Assembly: GCA_964016885.1 (NCBI GenBank)
Contig: OZ024743.1
Coordinates: 291,710,001 to 291,774,000, forward strand
Direction of reading: 5' to 3'
DNA: 64,000 nucleotides
Source: Eledone cirrhosa
Taxonomy: Eukaryota
Positions 50,372 to 61,612 of this stretch are shown here, piece by piece; the first letter of the stretch is position 1; each line of letters opens with the position of its first letter. The notes beneath the pieces are model-generated. The model had not been told where the DNA came from. It made no database searches and was given only the letters and a program-made list of their open reading frames with translations. Made by a program: the position numbers and the translations under genes.

Positions 50372-50772
50372 TAATTAGACATATGAAACAATCACAGGGA
50401 ATAATTAGTAAAAGTGTGTAAGCACACACAGCTAGGTATGTAACTAATTAAAGATTAACTAGAACTTTAAATATAGATACCTTTTAAAATGATGTCTAAC
50501 CTCAGATAGTTAAATCTTCTTCCTTGTTAAAAATCCGGGATCTGGCTACGGTGGTTTACCGATCGATTGATGGTGAAATATGTTTATTTAATGAAATATA
50601 TACAAAGAAGATTAATCACTTTAAAAGGTATCTATATTTAAAGTTCTAGTTAAACTTTCATTAGTTACCTACCTAGCTGTGTGTGCTTACACACTTTCAC
50701 AAATTATTCCCTGTGATTGTTCCATATGTTTATTTTAGATATATATATGTCAATCAATCTCTAGTTGATATA
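49660..50772. mobile_element. Retrozyme-like non-autonomous element: ~535-bp unit as a ~1.5-mer plus inverted segment (50495-50772)
   Basis: Direct repeat 49660-49915/50195-50493; 50495-50772 is the reverse complement of ~49757-50030; HHR in both orientations. Confidence 0.8.
49917..50012 (-). ncRNA. Type-I hammerhead motif with U3-A8 core (mirror copy at 50513-50613, plus)
   Basis: Two-copy consensus aatcttccttg-TTGAAAA-[stem II]-GAAAtat(g/a)ttt..atata TA-caaggaagatt; 11-bp stem I; each copy has one different core mutation. Confidence 0.65.
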
Positions 50773-50815
<43 letters not shown>

Positions 50816-50818
50816 ATT

Positions 50819-50908
<90 letters not shown>

Positions 50909-51728
50909 TTGAAAAAAATATGTATAATTATAATTATGTATTCGTGTACAGATATTTTTGCATACACAAAAAAACAAAATATAAACAAACGTATTTATTT
51001 CAGGAAAGCACAGACGGTTCATCGTCATTACAGCCAATATGCCACCCAAAATGTCCCAGCCTGGCCGCAAGATCAGATTTTCCAGAAGAAAAAATGTGAC
51101 TAGAGCAACAGAGAGACCAAGCTTCGCGATTAGCATCAACAAAGCTTAGGGTCAAGCCGTAAAAGTGACTGGCCTTCATCTGGGAATGCCATGCTTCTCC
51201 CATGGTCAATTACATGTAGGATGCTCTAGGGTGAGCTCGCCAAACAATCAGTTCATCTTTGCTCCCGAGGGCCGAACAAAACATATTGTATACTCTGAGG
51301 CTCTAACAATGAAATTTATGTATTTTCTGTTACTTGGAATTTCCATTATGGTTGTAAAAATTATTGTAAAGTTTATTAAAACATTTGTTCTCTGTTCACC
51401 CTTTATTGTTGTACCTATCACTTTTCTTTAACGTACTGGCTGCTGAACTGGGGAATCCTAAAAACTATTCAAACCCAACATCAGAGCACGTTAACCCCCA
51501 CCTGACTTGAAAGGTCGGGCGGTAGCTTTGCAATGGAGTGGAGGGGGGATTCCCGAAATGATAACATGCCGGTATATCTAGTCGGTCGCAAGCCGGACGG
51601 GCCATCTAGTATATATATATACATATATATATGTGTATATGTAAAAGGTAAACAGAAATAACAACACCCGGTACAGTATATGAAAGGGATGTTTTAGGTT
51701 AAAGCTTTACGTATATATATATATTGTT

Positions 51729-51779
51729 AGTTTCAGAAGATCCCGTTAATGGTGAAAGCAGCGATTCTTTGCTTAAACT
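51729..51779 (+). ncRNA. Isolated U4A hammerhead-fold copy between (TA)n tracts
   Basis: agttt-CAGAAGA-tcccgttaatggt-GAAAGCA gcgattctt TGCTT-aaact. Confidence 0.65.
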
Positions 51780-51795
51780 TTAATCTGTTAGTTTA

Positions 51796-51865
<70 letters not shown>

Positions 51866-53519
51866 CTAGGTTTTATGTAAGAGTTAACAGGAAATCAGTA
51901 TGACTTTCATGAAGAAATCAAAGATATTCTTATATTTGTCCATAATATAAGGGAAATACTTTGATAAGCTGAATGGGCGTAATTTAAAAGAAACATATTT
52001 CCACTGGGAATTTGTCGAAGTCGTAGTGTTTGAACAATAAAGGCTATCTCAAGATTGTTTATTGTATGTTTATCATTTATTACCCCTACAAAATCAAGAG
52101 CACGTCATTTCTTACCATTTTAGCCTTTTCTATTTTATTTACATTAACGAGAAATGAAACGGTAAAACATATTTCCCAACTGCAAGTATATCCAATAGAT
52201 AACTGATGATGGTATATTTTTTTGTATTTGTTTTCGGCATCCTTTATTTTCCCCCGTTCGTTTTACTGTATTTATACAATATTCACATTCTGAATATTGT
52301 ACTTGTATTGCTCCTGATGTGCATATAATTTCGAAGCATTAATTCTTTTATCAGTCAGTATGGCCGTAATCAAGCAAATGTTCTCTCTCTCTACTTGATG
52401 AAGTGCGTTACGCGATTCAATTGTGTCATCAACGCTTTATTTTGCATCTTCTATTAGCAGGAATACTGCCCTTGAAGAGAAGCTAATCTGGCCGAGGATT
52501 CCATGAGGAGCATATTGCCACCAATACTTCTCTGCTCGATTACTCAACTAGAATTACTTTCGTAGAGTAGAAATCTAGAGACCTTTGACTGGATACATTT
52601 TTCAACAGTATTTTGAGCAATAGTCTCGTTACAGAAGACCTTGTATTGCATGACAAATAAAGTCATAAATAAAGTTCACTTAAACAGAATATTCTAATAC
52701 TGTATGAAGCTTCATTGACAAAAAGAAAAATTGAAATCCTATAGAAAATAGTAAAACAAACAAGTAGGGAGTATAGCTATTTTGAAAATTGAGGAATAAA
52801 ACCATACATTTACATTGTGTTTTGAAAATAATCCTTTTGAATTTATTACAAAGAGAGAAGAAAGGAAATAAGCGGCTCTTCTCTTTGTAAATTGTAAAAC
52901 ATATATTTAACTATTTGATCTTAGTCTATCAATCACAAAGGAAGAAATATTATTTAAATTATACAATCAAAAAATATAAATAGAGTTGTTCTATAACTTT
53001 TTTCAAATTATAAACTTTAAATTAAACCCCTGATTTCTTTGTGAGATATCTCATCTTATGAGTTCAACAGTAATTGATGGTGTCAAAGTGTTCTAGCTAT
53101 GTGTTATCAATGTTAATTTTTCTTTGCCGTTAATAACTTGCCATATGAAAAATCATATATTAAACCAGCAGTCAGTAGAATCACTGGAATCTAGAAATAT
53201 TTTTTGATAGGTGCTTGCAATTTCTTTGACTTAATTTCCGTTATGAGAATACATCTCATAACTTGAAAGATTCACAATTGTAAAAGAGATTGAATAATAT
53301 GAATATTATCCAATATACAATTTCCGAGTGGATTAATGAAAATTGCGATAGATTTTTTTTTATGTGTTTTCCTTTATACCACACACATTTTTATATACAA
53401 ATAAATATTTTAAACCTACACAAACCAGCACACAAGCGCACATGCATATTCCTCTTTCAATGTTCACTCTTTTTCTCACCCTATACATATACGACTTTGT
53501 ATAACTATGTATATATACT

Positions 53520-53642
53520 AACATACATACAAACATGCATACATACATGCATGCATGCTTACATACATACATACATTCATACATACATACATACATACAT
53601 ACAAACATGCATACATACATACATGCATGCTTACATACATAC

Positions 53643-53673
<31 letters not shown>

Positions 53674-53691
53674 CATACATACATACATACA

Positions 53692-53723
<32 letters not shown>

Positions 53724-54365
53724 AACCTATATACCCTATATTTTACAAAGAAAACACATTCTGATTTTGTTTAAAACATATTACATGGTAGTAATATTGA
53801 TGCCATTTCATCAGCCCGAAATGAAACCTTTGATGGTTCAGTTCATATATTTGTCCATATAACAACATATCTAGTAATATATCGATCTATTTGCATTCCT
53901 ATCTATCTCTAGTGGCAAATAAAAGAAACATATCTATCTATACACACACACACACACACACACACTTGTATGCATGTATGTACGTATATATGTATATGAG
54001 TATGTATGCATGTATGTATGTGTATAAGTATGTACGTACGTACGTATATATGTATGTATGAGTATGTATGTATGAGTATGTACGTATGTATGTATGTATG
54101 TATATGAGTATGTATATGTATGTACGTACGTATATATGTATGTATGTATGAGTATGTATGTATGAGTATGTATGTATGTATGTATATACGTATGTAGGTA
54201 TGAGTATGTATGTATGTATGTATGTATGTATGTATGTATGTATGTATGTATGTATGTACGTATATATGTATGTATGTATGAGTATATATGAGTATGTATG
54301 TATGTATGTATGTATGTATGTATGTATGTATGTATGTATGTATGTATGTATATGAGTATGTATGC
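53520..54365. repeat. Two tetranucleotide microsatellite tracts in opposite orientation: (ACAT)n 53520-53720 and (ATGT)n 53968-54365
   Basis: Direct reading. Confidence 0.95.
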
Positions 54366-54842
54366 ATGTAAGAGTGTTGCCGTTTGCTGGTCGAATTTCA
54401 GGATACGCGAACATTTAATATTACGATTAACAATGAAAACGATTTTCAAATATTACCTTTAAAACATAATTGATCCTAATATTTTGGTGAGAAACATCCT
54501 TTCCATATTTGTTATAAAAACACCAAAGTAGTTTGCTCACAATATCTCAATCATGGCTGCAAGCAATGCTGGGATAAAATCATGATACATCTACCGAAAT
54601 ATATTAGGATCTATTATATATATTTTCACTTTAGTAACCAATGTTCAATTTGCATTGCTATAGAACTCTAGAGGAAGAAATATGTGTCTAAATAGAATGT
54701 ACACACAGACACACACATACGCACACACACACACACACACACACAAATGCACACGCACACACACATATATATATATATCTTTTTTTGGGGGGGGGGGGGG
54801 GGGGGGTAATATTTCTTAACTGAAATGGTGTGTTGAAACATA

Positions 54843-54960
54843 TATTGTTATACTTTGGGAGGGTCATGTTGTCAATAAAAACACACGCACCTGTTTGATT
54901 GAAAAACAACTGGTGCGTGTGTCTTTATTGGCAGCATGACCTTCCCACACTATAACAATA
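54843..54960. repeat. Fold-back made of two element 3' ends
   Basis: tattgttatactttgggagggtcatgttgtcaataaa.acacacgcacc vs ggtgcgtgtgtctttattggcagcatgaccttcccacactataacaata. Confidence 0.85.
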
Positions 54961-54970
54961 TACATATATA

Positions 54971-55012
<42 letters not shown>

Positions 55013-55059
55013 TGTGTATGTATGTGCGTGCGTTCATAGATAGATAGATAGATAGATTC

Positions 55060-55690
55060 CTATTCTTTCTTCGCCCACTTATTCCTGGGTCGGGCGTGGG
55101 TGCAGAGTACTGAAACACTCCTTCCAGCGGCTACTGTCACAAGAAACCCTCTCCAACTGATCCGGTTGGATCCCCAAGCGAGACCAGCCAAGCTTTTTGG
55201 TGTTATTTAACAATCTTGCTAGGGATCTATCCCTGGGTACCTTGCCGGTTCCTTTTGCCCTTAGAATCTGACGGGCGATTCTGTCCGGAGACATTCTAAC
55301 CACATGTCCATAGTTCCGGAGCTACGATCTCCCAATTCAGAGAAGTAAATTGAAACTATTGAATGCGGGAATCGACCTCCGCCAAGGGTGTGTACTGTAA
55401 CCTCTCCTGTTTATTATTTTCATGAACACGATTGATATACGCAGCCGCGTTGAATGTGGTATCATGAGCAGGTGTAAAATCAGTCGGCTGATATTTGCAG
55501 GCATAGTACTACTTAAATCGACAGATGGTAAACTCTTACTTGCACTTGAAAGGTTTGATGCTGAGTGCTGCATGGATTGAATGGAAATCAGTGATGCAAA
55601 AACTGAGACATTCGTACACGTAAGGAAACCTGGGCATTGCAGTCTGCATGTGATTGGAGTTCTACTGAAGCAGGTTAAGAAGTTCATCTA
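55060..55690. pseudogene. RTE-clade LINE remnant with internal inversion (3' end on minus at 55060-55335; RT motifs on plus at 55340-55690)
   Basis: Minus strand: LRNYGHVVRMSPDRIARQIL..GKVPRDR; plus strand: LRQGCVL.PLLFIIFMN, RLIFA, MEISDAKTE, LKQVKKFIY. Confidence 0.8.
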
Positions 55691-56477
55691 TATCGCGCCC
55701 GATGAACGTGTAGTTCTGGGTCTTTCTGTGTATTTTATTTTTTTTTTATTCAACAATCTTTTATGGTTATCCTAAAAAAATATATTTTTCTTTTTTGACT
55801 TGTTTTCCTCACTGTTAATTTTCCTAAGTTTATCATTAATATTCTGAGCCGAACTTATTGTCTCTTTTCCCGATTTAATTTAAATGTTTTATATTTTTAA
55901 CGCATCTTACTTTGTTTTTCTTGTTTCGTTTCCATCCCGAGATTTTCGTGCTGTAGGATGCCACAAACTTGTTTCCGATGCCACATGTTATAGCTTAATT
56001 GCTATAAAATAATGCTTTGACTTCGTCCCTTACTCCATTCGACAGCACTTGGCTCGTGTCAGAAGCTGTGACTCCGGGTTTCTAGTAGTACCATTGTTAG
56101 AGGTCGAAACAGAGAAAATCCATCTCAACTGCCGATGAAACTTGTGTTCTATGATTATCTATATTATTTTGTTTTATTAAAATCATTTATTTTAATAAAA
56201 ATGGCGTAGGCACTACAATACATACAATACAGCAGGGGGAAAATGATAAAAGTACCACTGATGATGTTTCAGATGTGCAACGAAAGATATTTGTTAGACT
56301 ATATATATATTTATATCTGTATTTTTGACCGTTGCTTAGTCAGTGATAAACATTGATTGCCAAATGAATTAACTATGGAGATACAGAAGATGCAGAAGCG
56401 AAAACCAAACAAACAGTGAGTGTGTTCTGTTATTATTTCTGGCAATATTATTACACACTATGACCCTCCCCAAGTAT

Positions 56478-56514
<37 letters not shown>

Positions 56515-56518
<4 letters not shown>

Positions 56519-56670
56519 AAAAGAGTCAGAACCCCGACGGCTGAGTTCCGGCCGTTTCGACTGCTAGATCTGCCGTCGGGGTCCTGACATTTTCCTATTA
56601 CCCACTCTACTAACCTAAGTATCGAGCACTCCGCTCCACCTCGTTCCTTACCACACTTCCTTCGTTATAT
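56515..56670. mobile_element. Short (TA)n-flanked element with 5' fold-back and HHR 3' half
   Basis: Reverse complement contains GAAACGGC cggaactca GCCGTC ggggttctgac; inverted taggaaaa..tcag.accccgacggc vs gccgtcggggtcctgac.ttttccta. Confidence 0.7.
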
Positions 56671-56683
56671 TTATATAAATATA

Positions 56684-57828
56684 CTAGCAGCAATACCCAA
56701 CGTTGCATGGGTAGGTAAAATAATATCTGCTTTGATGAAAAGGTGTTGAGCTTAGCGACTGCTTCTCGATGACTCATCTATGGCCACACACAGGCCATGC
56801 GGGGGAGGGTGGTGATGACGCCTTTCACTGAGAAACGCGGGTGACTGACGAAAGCGCATGCTGGGGGAGGGAGGAAATCACCTCTAACACTAAGCCACAT
56901 TTCCTCACGCTACTTGATTGGAAACCAATGAATTCTCAAATACACAACTAAAAGCTAAGACGCCGTCAGTGGCCATCGTTTGCCTTTGACCATCTATAAG
57001 ACGTGCAATGAGAGGTTCTACCGTAGTATAACAGTTGAACCAAATAAATCGATGTATGTGTGAGGTGGAGCCGAAGTTTCGAATTTGAACGAAATCGGTT
57101 GGAAAATGTGGGTGCTAATGATAGGTCGCCGTCCCTGAACAAAAAATGCAAAGTGTAAAGCTACTATAAGATGTGCAATGATAGATTCTATCGTAGTATA
57201 AAAGTTGAACCAAATAAATTGATTTATGTGTGAGGTGTAGCCGACGTTTCGAATTTGAACGAAATCGATTGAAAAATGTGGGAGCTAGAGCCGAAAAGGC
57301 GGAAATTTGAGCGAAAAGGTGGTATTTTCGAATATTTAAGCGGCTGCCACGCCGTTCCTGAACAAAATATCCAAAATATAAAGCCACTTTAAGACGTGAA
57401 ATAATCAGATCTAGCGTAGTGTAAAGTTTGAACAAAGTAGGTTGATTAATGTGAGAGCTATACCCGAAAAAGTGGAAATTTGAGTCTAAAAGTGGTATTT
57501 TTGAATATTTAAGCGGCTGCCACGCCGTCCCTGAAGAACAAATGCAAAGTATAAAGCCATTACAGGATGTGCAATGATAAATTCTACTTTGCTTTAAAAT
57601 TTGAACGAAATCCGTGGCAAAATGTGGGAGCGAAAATCTTATTTTTCGATACCTAAAAAAAGGTGACCCTCCTATCTATTTTTATCCGCAGAATGACCCC
57701 GGAATAAAACAAAACGATACTCTGATATATAGAAAACACTCCGGGATGACGAATCTATGGGCTTGTAAAGTTTCATGAAAATCGGTCGAAAGATGTAGGC
57801 CCCTATAGGTAATACACACACACACACA

Positions 57829-57893
<65 letters not shown>

Positions 57894-58020
57894 CCACACC
57901 CACACACACCCCCCCACATACACACACACACACTCACACACACGCACACACACATACACACACACACACACACAACACACACACACACACACACACACTT
58001 AATTTTATACATATACACAT
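56684..58020 (-). mobile_element. Non-autonomous Helitron with internal ~170-190-bp subrepeats
   Basis: Minus-strand 3' end tacccatgcaacgttgggta-ttgctgCTAG; other end aagtttcatgaaaatcgg..(CA)n..ttttata typical of such elements. Confidence 0.75.
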
Positions 58021-58049
58021 ATATATATATACGGGATAACAAATTATTT

Positions 58050-59130
58050 TTATAGGTGGTCCACTTAGATGTAGTCCAGTTAGGGTACTCCGAGTAGTGG
58101 ATAGTATTAATGCTTGGCTAAGTTTGACTCAACAAGGCGTTTCCATAGTGATGCTGCGAGTACGCGGTGATTTCTATGTAGTTTATACTACGTGCTATGG
58201 ATCTGATTATGGATCGGGAGTGTTTTGAATTATAACTAATGTATGCCAGATTATCACTGTTTTTGTGGAAGGGTTCTATTAATCCCGTATTTAGATTTAG
58301 AGTTACATCTAGAAAGTTTGCCTTTTTATGATTCAGTTCGTAAGTAATACTTAGGCCTAGTTTTTTTAAAATGTTCTAATGTTTTTTTCTTAATCTTTCT
58401 ATGCTCTGGTTGTTTAAGTTCCTAGCTATAAGGAGCGTGTCATCTCTATAAATCCCTCCTTGGGGGTTACTGAATTCTTTATGTAGGTTGTGAGCTATAA
58501 ATAACCCCACGACGTCAGTGATTTGCTCTGAATCGTTCGATCCCATTGTGATATCGAAGCTGTTTATCCTATCTTTTCTTACCCAATAGTCCTTCTCGCA
58601 GCTAGTATCATTTCAATTTCATCAGGAGTAAGATCGGAGTTATTTTGGGCAAATATGAGCGCTTTATGTAGGGTGGCTGGGGATATGGACGCATAGTAAT
58701 CGTTTATATCGAATTGTATGAAGTCGCATGCTTTTCTATTTCTTATTTTACTGAACCATTCAATCGCCTCGTTAGTGTTACCCCATACATTGATTTCTAG
58801 TGTTCCATTTATTTGTCCGATTACCCTATCTAGAATATTCATGCTAATTTTACCTATATCCGACTTAGATGGGCATATTAATCTGATAGTAGGATTTACT
58901 TCAAAATTATTTTTGTGATCCTTAACGTTAAATGTGGGGTTGCATGGGGTTAGAGGCTCGGTTCTATCGGATATTCCTAGTTTAGATACAATCCTGCTGG
59001 TGAGTGTGGAATCATTTTTGTTTTTGTATTTTTTGTGTATTTCACGCTGGATGAAATTATTGTATGTGTTAAGGTCTATAGAATATACGTTTGAAGTTTT
59101 GTCTCCCTGTAATATTCTTTAAGCAGCTTC
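58050..59130 (-). pseudogene. Naiad-type PLE RT fragment
   Basis: KDHKNNF..RLICPSKSDIGKIS, WGNTNEAIEWF, FIQFDINDYYASIS, MGSNDSEQITDVVG, GGIYRDD, NFLDVTLNL. Confidence 0.9.
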
Positions 59131-59435
59131 TAGCCTCCTTAATTCTATACCACAGTAATGTCTGCAAATATCTTATTAACTCATAAATATATCCCTTCTC
59201 GGCTGCTGTCAACACAACTTCCTCACTCTTGATTCTCAACAGATGAACCTAATTCCAAGTACATTATTTGACTACTACCACAGTCCTTGAAATATCACCT
59301 TCCCCCTGTTGTTTATATGACCACCCCAATGTATCCGTAATTGTAGTCATTATGTTCTCTCTATATATACCCTGCTTCTTAACCTCTGTATTAACTTACT
59401 TACTATATTGCTACTATTATTATTATTGCTGGCAG

Positions 59436-59622
59436 TGGATTGGCAGTATCGGTAGAGGGTCGGACGCCATGCTTTCCACCATAGTTACGTCCCTTTGCGG
59501 TCTGAGTTCAAATCCCGCCGAGGTTAACCTTGGCTTTCATCCTTACGGGGTCGATAAAATAATGTAACAGTAATGTACTGGGTAATTTATGGTCTTGTGC
59601 CAAAAGTAGAAACAATTATTAT
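59436..59622 (+). mobile_element. tRNA-derived SINE
   Basis: Near-identical to 33510-33700. Confidence 0.9.
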
Positions 59623-60527
59623 TACTGCTGTCTTATCCATGCATGATGTGTTATTGATGCTGTGAAAGCTAAACAACCCCATGATTCGAACAAACAATCC
59701 CTACATCTAATATAGACCACTTAAATAATTAATCCGCTTTACACCACATAAAAAATGCCATCCCCACTACAATGAAAATATTTTATGTGTCAGATAATAA
59801 ATAATTCTTACGGTTAGCAAACCTACTGTAAAGTAAATGGTCCATTGTTTCAAGCCCCAGGTTATCTCTACACTATATATATAATACACCCCATGACAGC
59901 TTTTACATGTCAATTTCATACATCTGCTTCGTATCAGCTCGTTTACATACTAAAGCCATCAGTATACTCTATGTCTTAGTTAGATCGATGTTGTGATTAT
60001 TTTAAATATTTACGGTCTAGCTAATTTATTGTAGTATTGTTATTATTGTTCTGATTTAATGCCACTACTATATATAGAAGCCATGCCTGGGTATTCCTTC
60101 CATTCTCGCACGCTCTGATGAACTGACTGGTTATCACAGAGTATTGGTAATCGATTGACGCAAAAACAGGCAGGTAACGATCTCTAGACCTACCAGTGAA
60201 TAAAGCACTGATTGTATAGCAAACCATGTCACTCTTTTTCTTGATTTATATATATATATATATAAACGGAAAAATGAAACGAAATTTCATTTCTCACTCT
60301 TGGTACGGCTGTTACTTAAATATTAGTAAGTATACGTACATACATATATGTATACAGACGTACAGTAGTATGTATATATACATACATCCACACATATATA
60401 TATATGTACGTATGGATTCACCGAACATTTATTATAATGCTCGGTGTGTTTGTAAACAAACATCCCGAATTAAGCCGTACAGTGTCTATCAACCATCGTT
60501 GCTGATTTGTTCAAGACTGACAAAGGA

Positions 60528-60570
60528 ACGCTGTACTAGTTTCAAGCTTATTAGCTATCGTCAGCAACGT
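60528..60570 (-). ncRNA. Minimal type-I hammerhead ribozyme, intact core
   Basis: Reverse complement reads acgttg-CTGACGA-t-agct aata agct-t-GAAAC ta GTA-cagcgt. Confidence 0.9.
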
Positions 60571-60957
60571 ATAACATCCTGCCAGATGATTGAACGTCTG
60601 AAAGTATTAACTTTCCTTATTCATATTAACGGCTGAGCAGCCTAATTTGCATATCGAGTGAGTTAATCGGCCGGGCGCACTGTAAACGATAAACGGAAAA
60701 AATGAAACGAAATTTCATTTCTCACTCTTAGTACGGCTGTTACTTAAATATAAGTATGTATACGTACATACATATATGTATACATATGTACAGTAGTATT
60801 TATATATATATACATACATGCACACATATATATATGTATGTATGGATTCACCGAACATTTATTATAATGCTTGGTGTGTTTGTAAACAAACATCCCGAAT
60901 TAAGCCGTACAGTGTCTAGCAACCATCGTTGCTCATTTGTTCAACACTGACAAAGGA

Positions 60958-61000
60958 ACGCTGTACTAGTTTCAAGCTTATTAGCTATCGCCAGCAACGT
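60958..61000 (-). ncRNA. Minimal type-I hammerhead ribozyme, A6G mutant
   Basis: Same fold with core CTGGCGA. Confidence 0.8.
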
Positions 61001-61392
61001 ATACCTTCCTGCCAGATGATTGGACGTCTGAAAGTATATACTTTCCTTATGCATATTAACGGCTGAGCAGCCTCATTTGCATATCGAGTGATTAATCGGC
61101 CGGGCGCACCGAAAACGATAAACGGGAAAAATGAAACGAAATTTCATTTCTCACTCTTAGTACGGCTGTTACTTAAATATAAGTATGTATACGTACCTAC
61201 ATATATGTATACAGACGTACAGTAGTATGTATATATATATACATACATGCACACATATATATATATATATGTACGTATGGATTCACCGAACATTTATTAT
61301 AATGCTCGGTATGTTTGTAAACAAACATCCGGAATTAAGCCGTATATTGTCTAGCAACCATCGTTGCTCATTTGTTCAACACTGACAAAGGA

Positions 61393-61435
61393 ACGTTGTA
61401 CTAGTTTCAAGCTTATTAACTATCGTCAGCAACGT
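61393..61435 (-). ncRNA. Minimal type-I hammerhead ribozyme, intact core
   Basis: Reverse complement reads acgttg-CTGACGA-t-agtt aata agct-t-GAAAC ta GTA-caacgt. Confidence 0.9.
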
Positions 61436-61612
61436 ATACCTTCCTGGCAGATGATTGAACGTCTGAAAGTATATACGTATTTAAGTAACAGCCGTACTAA
61501 GAGTGAGAAATGAAATTTCGTTTCATTTTTTCCGCTTATCGTTTTCGCTGCGCCCGGCCGATTAACTCACTCGATATGCAAATTAGGCTGATCAGCCGTT
61601 AATATGCATAAG

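Larger units (their letters stand above)
48930..51609 (+). mobile_element. Internally deleted Helitron interrupted by HHR-element insertions
   Basis: Helicase C-terminus FAISINKA*GQ..GLHLGMPCFSHGQLHVGCSRV..TKHIVYSEAL (51120-51310); GC-rich hairpin and CTAG end at 51606-51609; the 5' boundary is inferred. Confidence 0.65.
60263..61612 (-). mobile_element. Tandem ~430-bp retrozyme-like array (~2.8 units) with inverted 5' segment (61478-61612)
   Basis: Units start at 60264, 60691 and 61120; one minimal HHR per unit; non-coding. Confidence 0.88.

Noticed and set aside
60108-60180. CTGATGA plus hairpin plus AAAAC..GTA; similar motif at 56258-56295
   Set aside because: GAAA box or stems I and III too degenerate to support
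61010-61050. Plus-strand CAGATGA..GAAAGTATATACTT suggesting a second, antisense HHR in the 430-bp unit
   Set aside because: No stem I pairing and a poor stem II
60263-61476. CRISPR-like or satellite interpretation of the tandem array
   Set aside because: Whole 430-bp units repeat with no unique spacers, the context is eukaryotic, and the HHR explains the unit
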